A stretch of 64,000 nucleotides of DNA, from the NCBI RefSeq assembly GCF_033153115.1, contig NW_026889758.1, forward strand, positions 51,460,001-51,524,000, read 5' to 3'. Both the position numbers and the translations under genes were made by a program. Numbering within the stretch: position 1 is the first letter of the stretch; each line of letters begins with the position of its first letter. Below are positions 51,499 through 60,391 of this stretch, one piece after another. Under the pieces are notes generated by a model. That model had not been told where the DNA came from and made no database searches. It saw only the letters and a list, made by a program, of their open reading frames with translations. The stretch comes from Saccostrea echinata (Eukaryota).

Positions 51499-52482
51499 TT
51501 ATTCAGAATCACTTTCGATTGTCTGTGAGTCTTGTAAGTCACCGACATTACATTCCATGGACACATCTTCTGTCGGATTATATCCAAAAGGAGTACACTC
51601 TGGACAACTTAACATTCCAAGCTGATTTTGATGGGACTCGCTGAACACACACAGTTCTGTATCATTTAATTCGGGAACATATTCTCGTACTTCTTCAACG
51701 GCTTGTAGTAATTTAGTCAACTTGTATTTGTTCAAAGACACACCTTTTCTGGTTGGTACCGGTTCTAGGGCATCGTCTGGCTTCCAAAAGTGCCTAATGT
51801 CTACTGAGGTATACCCAGGGTTAACAGAGACGAAGACACCCCCTCCAATATGCCATTTCATCTCTACATCAGCTTCATTGTTTTGCAGATAGTTGGCGAT
51901 ATCTGGTAGAAGAGACTCAAATTTCAGCCATCGGCACAACGGGAATGTCACCCCCTTCTTTGTTGCAAAATAACGACCGTTAGATTCTGTAAAGTGACGG
52001 ATGTGAATATTGATATCCCCCTTGAATGGCACGGCTGTAAGGAAAAGATCGTTGAAGTCATCCAGACTGATTCTACACCGCTCTTCTTGTGAGTTTTGTT
52101 GTTCTGAAGGGTTACTTTTCGGCTCAGACTTAATAATTCGTTTTTCTGACATGTTCACAACCAGCGACCTGGCCATTGCTAACTTCTTTTCGTACTCGGA
52201 CATGTTATTATCACCGACTGAGAGAAGCTTGGATAAGTCTGTTTGGTTAGCTTTCATAAGTGCCATTCGAAGACCTGTAAAACCTTTTGGTCCTCTGCGT
52301 AGAATGATACTTATTAGCTTTCTGTTACGATCATAACTGGTCTTTTCGGCTTCAATCTGCTGTCTCATCTCGTCGGTTATAATGTTGGAGGCAAAGAGAT
52401 GCCCAGCAACGGAAGAGGTCATCATTTTTTTCACCAGAGTCGTGTAGTTTGCTTTGATTATATCCTGATGTTTCTGTTCCAT
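51499..52482 (-). CDS. CARD + tandem PC4-like ssDNA-binding domains + C-terminal Cys motif
   Basis: Residues 1-88 fit a death-fold CARD pattern (LF...IIT.EM.Q.IEAE.T..DRNRKL+.II.RRGP..F..L..AL). Two PC4 signatures: FKG.INIHIRHF...ATKKGVTF...W and VDIRHFW...PTRKGVSL. C-terminal C...HQNQ.G...CPEC. Confidence 0.85.
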   Translation of the reverse strand: MEQKHQDIIKANYTTLVKKMMTSSVAGHLFASNIITDEMRQQIEAEKTSYDRNRKLISIILRRGPKGFTGLRMALMKANQTDLSKLLSVGDNNMSEYEKKLAMARSLVVNMSEKRIIKSEPKSNPSEQQNSQEERCRISLDDFNDLFLTAVPFKGDINIHIRHFTESNGRYFATKKGVTFPLCRWLKFESLLPDIANYLQNNEADVEMKWHIGGGVFVSVNPGYTSVDIRHFWKPDDALEPVPTRKGVSLNKYKLTKLLQAVEEVREYVPELNDTELCVFSESHQNQLGMLSCPECTPFGYNPTEDVSMECNVGDLQDSQTIESDSE

Positions 52483-52623
52483 CTTTGCTGAAGAGAGGGT
52501 GATGCTTCTTTTACGATCAATTCAGATATGTTGGAAATTTTTACAATAAACCCGTTTTTATAACAAAATTGTCACGTGCTTGATTGACCTTAGACTTTTC
52601 ATAAAAAGGAGTGTTTTTTCTTT

Positions 52624-53187
52624 TTAAAAAAAGTGACTGCAGACAATTTTGACTGCAGACGGAATTGATCTCAGACGTAATTGACTGTAGACATTTTTCT
52701 TGGAGATAATAGTAAATCCTGACTGTATACTGAATTGACGGTAGACATTTTGATAGTATTTAGTTTTTCTTTCACTTTTTTTTTTTTTAATGTAGTGAAG
52801 AGTTTCTGATATTATATTCATAATATCTTCCACAGTATCCGCCATTTCTCTCAACACATAAAGCGGATTTCCATGACGTACTTTTTCTTTTCTATGAATA
52901 AGCCAGTGAAGACTGTAATCCATTTTTTCTGACAGTTCCCTAAACTGGTCCACTAGATCTTTAAGTTTTCTCCAGTCTGAAGCGCCCACTTTAATATCAT
53001 CTCTTTTCATAATTTTGACTTGTGTTTTAAGAGCAAGTGCGCTTCTAACGCATTTCATCAGACGTGTAATGTGCATCAGCAGCTCTTCTTCTTTTCGATT
53101 GGTTAAAACGTTAAAAATGTTTTTACACATTCTGTTCCATTGCAATTTTGTTCTTCTTAATTGTCTTTCCATTGTCAGACCTTCCAT
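52624..53187 (-). CDS. Basic helical protein of unknown function
   Basis: Intact ORF; likely ATG at 53187 with a TATA-like TATATAAA ~45 nt upstream. Confidence 0.65.
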   Translation of the reverse strand: MEGLTMERQLRRTKLQWNRMCKNIFNVLTNRKEEELLMHITRLMKCVRSALALKTQVKIMKRDDIKVGASDWRKLKDLVDQFRELSEKMDYSLHWLIHRKEKVRHGNPLYVLREMADTVEDIMNIISETLHYIKKKKSERKTKYYQNVYRQFSIQSGFTIISKKNVYSQLRLRSIPSAVKIVCSHFF

Positions 53188-53267
53188 TTTCAGCAAAAGG
53201 TATGATGTCTTACGCAAAAAACACCTCAGTTTATATACACGACAGTCCTCGTCACTCCCTTTTTTTT

Positions 53268-53474
53268 TTAATTACACTTGACCTCAGACATTTTGATGTT
53301 ATTTAGTTTTTGAAGTAGGATAGGTGACAACAATATCTCGACATGATCAATTCTTCTTTTAAAATGAGCCCTGTCAACAGCATATTGCATCCATATTCCT
53401 TTCCGTTCTTCATAAGGAATTGCAATTATATGTACACGATCATTAAATTGAATATTCCTTTGCACTGGTTTCAT
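53268..53474 (-). CDS. PPP1R15/GADD34-ICP34.5-DP71L family PP1 regulatory subunit (68 aa)
   Basis: RVxF-type RNIQF, then V.II, then RKGIWMQYAVDRAHFKRRI...E..LSPIL, matching the RxGxW...A.DR.RF.RRI...E..L.P.L family signature. Confidence 0.9.
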   Translation of the reverse strand: MKPVQRNIQFNDRVHIIAIPYEERKGIWMQYAVDRAHFKRRIDHVEILLSPILLQKLNNIKMSEVKCN

Positions 53475-53579
53475 TTTGTTTCACTAAAGGAGTGTCTGTT
53501 CACAGAAAGAGATCGATCTAAAATACTAATGTTCACTCTTCCTTCAATTTATTTATACAAACTAATCATGAATATGAGT

Positions 53580-54065
53580 CTATGCACTAATTTGTTGTTC
53601 ACTGGGCGTCCAATCACCCCAATACTCTTCGTGTCGCCAAGTTCCATCAGGCCACAAGAAAGTCATTGTACCGTTGCAGTAACTTTCAATTTGAGATTCG
53701 TAATGAGCGTCTTTCATGATGCTGTACGGTACACGGTCGGCCATGATAGTTTTCAGGACTTCTGAGAACTCCATTGGTTCCTCCAAAGACACATCTTCAA
53801 GATCACATGCGCGCAAGCAAAAGGTTGCCATCTTCAATGGATCGAGTTTTGATTCCTTGGCCAGTTTCACCAAACAATGTTTCTCGTGTACAAATTTCGT
53901 TCTCAAAGAATATTGCTTTTTACAAAAGTCACAGGACCGGCAATCTCCATTATCTGCAATATACTTATCAATCCGTTTTTTGACAATGGCTCCCCACTTC
54001 AAAAAGTTTCTAAAGTATATCTCATCATTGCATAGAATATCCTCACTGCTCCAATAATCATCCAT
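53580..54065 (-). CDS. Cys/His-containing protein of unknown function (161 aa)
   Basis: Intact ORF with C-x2-C-x2-C...H-x2-H-C; TATATAA ~45 nt upstream, next to the right TIR. Confidence 0.7.
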   Translation of the reverse strand: MDDYWSSEDILCNDEIYFRNFLKWGAIVKKRIDKYIADNGDCRSCDFCKKQYSLRTKFVHEKHCLVKLAKESKLDPLKMATFCLRACDLEDVSLEEPMEFSEVLKTIMADRVPYSIMKDAHYESQIESYCNGTMTFLWPDGTWRHEEYWGDWTPSEQQISA

Positions 54066-54156
54066 TTTGCTGTTTTATAAAGAATTATTATATATTTTTG
54101 TCTCTTCTCCTTATATAGATCGTCAGACGGCTTTGGGAGTGGTTGGTGATTATTTA

Positions 54157-54374
54157 TGTGACCCTAGACAGTTTTTGAGGGGATGGGTGACCCAAAACGG
54201 TTTGATGGGATGGGGGTGACCCCAAACGCTTTAATGGAATGTGTGACCTCAGACGGTTTTATGGGATGGGCCATGACGTCATTGACCCCAGACGGCTTGA
54301 TGGGATGGGTGACCCCAGACGGACCAATGACGTCATTGACCCCAAATAGACCCCAGACTATACCCCTTACTACT
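54157..54374 (-). repeat. Right TIR
   Basis: Imperfect reverse complement of 35108-35327. Confidence 0.95.
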
Positions 54375-54547
54375 GAGGAATCTTTTTCGTGCCAGCATCC
54401 ACAGCGACACGGGACCTCGGTTTAAACGGTCTCATCCGAAGGACCAGTCTCCACGTCCCACAGTGGGATTCGAACCAGCGACGTAAGATCAACTCTTACT
54501 CTGCGACTCTAGAGCAGACGCTCTACCACTGCGCCACGCGGGCGACT

Positions 54548-55540
54548 TGTAATCCCGTAACATAGCATCAAAAGATATGCTTAGTTTATTTCGGGCAAAT
54601 TCATGTTTTTGATGTAATTTTTCTGACAGATTTTGGGCGTATTTAGAACTTGATTTTGATTTATATTTTACAGGATCAACACTGTCAAGCATTAAATCTA
54701 CTGTGCGTGTGACCGATCGCCCAAACACCATACCCCCGTGGCCTCATGAGAATATGACTGGTTTACTAACATGAGTAAGGGTGTCGAGTCATCCCAATCT
54801 TTTTGATTTTTTCTAACAAATGCTGAGAGCATAATTTCAATTGTGTTCTATTTGCCTTTTCTATCATCCCATCAGGCTTAGGTCTATAGGGAGTAATACG
54901 AGTTTTATCTATACCCAGTATTTTACACATTTCTTTGAAAATATCAGATCTAAATGTTTGTCCTTGATCAAAAATGGAGACTACATGAATTATAAATTTC
55001 TGGACAATTGAAACTGATTTCTTATTTCTAATAGGGATAGCTGCCGTCACGGTAGCTCAGTCGGTAGAGCGCTCGTATGTTCGAATCACTGCCGCGACTG
55101 ACCTAAGTCGATAAGAAATAGGTAGCAACTGTTCCTTCGCCAAGTGCTCGGCACTTTGAAGGGAAAGTTGCGAGACCTTATAATTTTCCTTTTTACTTGG
55201 CATTGGTTTTCATTGGGATGTTCATTTTGCAAATGTTTGTCTTCTGCCTTACTGCAATGTTTACAATCTAGATCTCCCCTTAGACAAGGTCTACGGAACA
55301 AAGCGTCCGCATTATTATGAGAACAATCTGTTTTATATTCAATTTTAAAGTTTTTTGATGACAAAAATTTAAACCAATATGCTACCTGGCCCTCTGGATT
55401 TTTGAAATTCAGCAATCAAGTGAAAGACCCATGATCTGTTTACTTTGAAGGTTTCCTATATAAATAGTGGTGGTAGTGCTTTATTGAATTTACAATAGCT
55501 AATAACTCTCTTCTAGTAAAAAATATCGACGCTGAATGTA
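54548..55540 (-). pseudogene. Old Gypsy pol remnant (RNase H end and integrase core) with a SINE B fragment at ~55045-55180
   Basis: NFKNPEGQVAYW...HNNADAL.RRPC; DQGQTF.S..FKEMCKILGIDKTRITPYRP..DGMIE. Confidence 0.85.
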
Positions 55541-55559
55541 TTACTGTAATAAGGTTGAA

Positions 55560-56143
55560 ATGCTTCACGCTATAAGGCTGCACCGCAACAGACGTTGAAG
55601 GTTCATCTTTGGACATTGCATCTTTTGCTTGGGACTCTCGCTGTCACTCCTGCTGCTGGATTTGTTAGAGGACAGGGACCCGGAGCGACCTCTGACTTCG
55701 GGAGTGGAGCTTCTACGCTTCGCAGGGGAGTGAGGGATGCTACCCCCGGGATAGAAACTAAGCTCTCGCTCAGTAGAGGGAGCTCAAGGGAAGGGTCTAG
55801 GAGAACTATGGGAAAGTCTGTAACGGCCCCACACATACACAGTCAGGGCTATCATCTTACATTTATATGCTTCCAGTGCCTCCTCTGCAGCCCAACCTGC
55901 AAGACCATGACTACGGCGTATGATCTCCATGCGCCTAGAGCTAGAGTATTTTCCCGTGCAAGTACATTGTATTATGATTATCCTGTCCAGTGCCTAAGAA
56001 ATGTCAAGTGCCAACCAGAGCACATGAATGCGAATCCAGAGTTGCTCCAGGATGTCTCTCCGCACTAAAACCTTTCGTTCAAAGATTTGTGAGGATCTAC
56101 AAACACCACATTTGAAAACAATCTGATCCTCTACTCTCGACAT
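55560..56143 (-). pseudogene. Third degenerate zinc-finger/SR-rich ORF, similar to the one at 22234
   Basis: After TTTATTCATTTTCAG it reads MSRVEDQIVFKCGVCRSSQIFERKVLVRRDILEQ/SGFAFMCSG..., and later RRSSTPEVRGRSGSLSSNKSSSRSDSESP. Confidence 0.55.
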
Positions 56144-58000
56144 TCTGAAAATGAATAAACGAATGGAAAATATACATGAACAATTCTACAAAGTATCTGT
56201 AATGTTGGTGAGGCAAACATGCACGGCATCAATCTCCCTTGCAGAGTTGTCGTTCGTTTCTCTCTCAGACACCTCTGTGATGGGCTCACGTCAAGATTTT
56301 TGACATTAACGTAAAAAACATGACATTCCAAGGATTATATCAAATTAAACTAATAGTTCTAGATATACTTAGTAAATATCTACATTAAAATAGAAACACT
56401 AGTACAGGCATTTTATTATAATAAATTTAAACAAACGCACTATTTCTCGTGCTTATCACTGTGATATACGCGAGCCAACGACAGAGGTGAATGTATGAGC
56501 CGATAGTAGAGAGTGGCACGGCATAAGTGTACAACTAATAAAGTTTTAAAGTTTTCTATTAGAAAGTTTATTATTTATGAATTTAGGTGTAACGGTAGTT
56601 TGAATCGTCACCGATTCTATTTAACAGGTCGAGACCACTAGATTTTCTGACGTCAGCGTAAATTTGAATGTTAAATTAGCTATCTGTTTACTTTACCGAC
56701 TGGTGAACGAGTCGCAATGCATTATGGGCTATTACAAGTTTCAATACGAACTCGGTAAAGAGCAACTTGCATTGTCTCTTGGAAACTCATTTTCAATTCT
56801 TCTTTTATGTTTGTGGAAGAAATATTGAAAATGATGTATAATCTTTTCATTCCTATGCTCACATTTACAAAGTGTGCTTAATGAAGCCTTATATCAACTT
56901 GTAATACATCGGCGTCAACTATTGTGAAAGAGACGTAGGTGCTATTGTGACGATAAACCATTGAGAGTGTTTTTTTTTCACGTGATTTAAAACATTTTTG
57001 TGACGTCATTCTTTTGTTTCTACAGTCCCATATTTCAAAAAGTGTACTACTAGCTAAAGTCCAATATTATTTTCAGGAGTACAGTATTGTATCTTATATT
57101 GTATTCCAAAATAATACTGGACTGTGTGAAACGAAGGATGACGTCACCATGTTTTTACACAACGAATGAATAAGGCAACAAATAGACGAAAATTATGCAC
57201 TTTATATAGAAATCGACATCTGGTAATCCAATTCAAGCTATATAGAAATCAACATCTAATCCAATTTCAGCTATATATAATCAAATGCAAGCTGTATGGA
57301 AATTAACATATCGTAAACCAGTTCATGCAACGAAACTTCCCAAGTAGGAATTTCCCAGAAATCACACTCAGGTCACTGAAACTACCGGTATTGAAGCACA
57401 TCATACGGATGAGTTAACACTTAATATTAAATTTCTGATTTTTCCGAAAACACATCCAAATGAATCAACGTAAAGTTGTCCATTAAAGAATGTTGCATTC
57501 AGGGGAAGAAAAAAAAAAACGAAATGCGGACAAGTTTACACTCGATCTGTAAATATATCCCATACAACTCCGATTTTTCCCGGAAAATTTAATTTCAATG
57601 TATATTTCCAAATGAATTTACGTGGTGCTTTCGATAACGGCGCTTCCTGAATATTTGCCTACTGGTCAATTACAATTTTCATCCGTTAAAAAAAATCCTT
57701 CACAATACTCTCAGAATCGTTTAATGTCACAAAGTTGCTCAGCTCTTTATAACGCATCCGTAGAGTGCCACAATGATAAATATGATTGGGGTTCAGTAAG
57801 GGTTTTTAATAAAACTATTCATCCCTTTGAAAGAAATTTCTTAAACCACTAAGCGCCCCATCCATCTACTTTGGTCATCGTCACCAGTATCGTGTTATGA
57901 CAATAGCCAATACAAAAGTGCATTGAAAAAATGTTTTAAGTAAGATACAAAACTCAGATGGTCTATTATGTCAGATACGGGACTGAGACTCGGTGCTTAA

Positions 58001-58463
58001 TAATATATGTTTATCAATGAAGGGCAAGTTAGACGTGAATGGTCTCTTAAAGGCTGTTACTGAAAGCATGAGATGTATAAAGACAAGACCCCTATAAAAT
58101 CCGCCATTTGCAATGTACTTTCGGTTTCAAATCTTAACATTTGGACAAAATAAACAGGGAAAACAACTTTCCAGAGGTCATCGATGTCCAACTTGACCTT
58201 CATTGATAAACATATATTATTTCTGCAATGATGGTTTTCACTAAAAGTACAGAATTAAGCAGGTGCATTTTTTTTTAAAATGTGCAAATTTTTTGCATTT
58301 TTTTTCTTTAAAAATATTTTTTAAGTACTTTTTTCAAGTGATACTTTCTATCTGTTAATCAATGATATATTTATAAACTGTAAAAGTTTTAACTTTATAA
58401 ACCACATAGTTTTGGAGCTATTGTAAAAATAAATTTTTAGACATTTTGACCTTTGACAAAACC
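58001..58463. mobile_element. Truncated copy of the 14300-15017 MITE
   Basis: Same spacer and right arm, ending GACAAAACC|TTAA. Confidence 0.85.
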
Positions 58464-58682
58464 TTAATTCTTCATTCCTGCTGTAATTGAATAATGTAAT
58501 TGTTCAAACAATGGTATTAAGTGCCATTCAACCTCTTTTGGGTTGTCTTTTCCCCATTTTCTATACATGACTGTATTACGCAAACAAAGATTATCACAAA
58601 CATGACTATAATATTTCACTGCTAAATTACAGGTGACACTTCTGACCATTCTGTCTTTTCTACCGCTATTTTCCTCTGCAGT

Positions 58683-58960
58683 AGTAGTTGTATTAATTTC
58701 GTAAGTTCTAAAGCTTGTAAATGATAGTTTGGAGATACATATACAGAACAAAGGGTAATTGTTTTTTCAAGAGAAAGGCGTACAGCTACTGCCTGAAGAT
58801 TTGTTTTAAAAACTATTTGGCTGTGAATGTATTTATTGTTAATTGCTGGTGAAGTATCGCCAGATGCTCTCTCAGTTTGAGCATAATAGTTATACATACT
58901 ATAGTTTTTAATTGACCTTAAAACCTCGGCAATTCCATTGTATTAACGTAGGATGATTCA

Positions 58961-59006
<46 letters not shown>

Positions 59007-59054
59007 CATTTTGTCTGTAGTCCGTCTGTAAACTTTTCACATTTTCGACTTCTG

Positions 59055-59095
<41 letters not shown>

Positions 59096-59098
59096 AGT

Positions 59099-59133
<35 letters not shown>

Positions 59134-60037
59134 TAAGGGCCACACCTTCTTCCAAGGGGAGATAATTAAGAATTCGTGAAAAATTAATGGCATCATTAAA
59201 AAAATCTTCTCAAGAACCACTGTGCTTGAAAACATGAAACTTATGTGGAAGCATCCTCAGGTAGTGTAGATTCAAGTTTGTTCAAATCATGACCCCCGGG
59301 GGTTGGGTGGGGCCACAATGGGCGATCAAAGTTTTACATAGGAATATATAGGAAAAATCTTCAAAAATCTTCTTCTCAAGAACAACAAAGCCATAATTGG
59401 TCATATTTATATGGTAGCATCCTCAGGTAGTGTAGATTCATGTTTGTTCAACTCATGACCCCCGGGGTCCTGTGGGGCCACAATGGGCGATCAAAGTTTT
59501 ACATAGGAATATATAGGAAAAATCTTTAAAAATCTTCTTCTCAAGAACAACAAAGCCATAATTGGTCATATTTACATGGAAACATCCTCAGATAGTATAG
59601 ATTCAAATTTGTTCAAATCATGACCCCCAGGGGTAGGATGGGGCCACAATGGGCGATCAAAGTTTGACATAGGAATATATAGGAAAAATCTTTAAAAATC
59701 TTCTTCTCAAGAACAACAAAGCCATAATTGGTCATATTATATGGTAGCATCCTCAGATAGTTTAGATTCATGTTTGTTCAACTCATGACCCTGTGGGTCG
59801 GGTGGGGCCACAATGGGCGATCAAAGTTTTACATAGGAATATATAGGGAAAATCGTTAAAAATCTTCTCAAGAACAGCAAAGCCCTGATTGGTCATATTT
59901 AAATGGAAGCATCCTCAGATAATGTAGATTCAAATTTGTTCTATTCATGATACCCCCCCCCCCCACCACCACTTTTATATTTAAACTTTTCAACCTTTCA
60001 AGACTGAAGTGATTTCTGCTTTTTCGTAGCCATAGTG

Positions 60038-60073
<36 letters not shown>

Positions 60074-60391
60074 TTTATTATGAGAAATAGGTGATATCCT
60101 CCCTTTATTTTTATTGGGTGATATACTTCGGACTTGTGAGGAAGAATGACAAGTGTAAAGTCCATCTCCTCGAAGACTTCAAACTTATTGTGGAGGGTGA
60201 CGGCATCTCGTGCCCCTTTGGGTAGCCGATCACTCGACTGTGTCTGGTTGTTTTTTGAGGGAGATTTATTACGTCTCCCAGTCGATGTTGATTTTCCTGT
60301 AGCTGGTAGCTCTGATGGAGCCGTAGCTACAGTTTTTGATGCAGCCGCAACTGCAGGGCCTGCAGAAGCAGGTTTTGGAGTAGGTTCCTGC
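58683..60391 (-). mobile_element. Inverted 5' segment of the LINE (ORF1 end 60073-60391; ORF2 endonuclease start 58683-58961)
   Basis: MNHPTLIQWNCRG...LQAVAVRLSLEKTITLCSVYVSP (APE endonuclease N-half); ORF1 tail with NKFEVF. Confidence 0.8.
58963..60072 (-). mobile_element. Complete HINE-like element with ~5 copies of a ~166-bp repeat (Cg170-like)
   Basis: TTTTAGCTCACCTGAGCCGAAGGCTCAAGTGAGC ... GCTCAGGTGAGCGATGTGGCCCATGGGCCTCTTGTT; CATCCTCAG at 163-166-bp spacing. Confidence 0.88.

Larger units (their letters stand above)
35108..54374. mobile_element. Complete Polinton/Maverick (adintovirus-like endogenous virus), 19.3 kb
   Basis: AGTAGT...ACTACT termini, ~220-bp TIRs, 6-bp TSD GAGGAA (35102-35107 / 54375-54380); carries pPolB, ATPase, protease, MCP, mCP and integrase. 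Confidence 0.98.
34985..54547 (-). mobile_element. SINE family A split by the Polinton (parts 34985-35107 and 54375-54547)
   Basis: The halves rejoin at GAGCAGTGAGGAA|TCTTTTTCGTGCCAGC, as in intact copies. Confidence 0.92.

Noticed and set aside
55595-56068. 157-aa + strand ORF with a signal-like start
   Set aside because: Better explained as the antisense of the decayed zinc-finger/SR ORF on the - strand.
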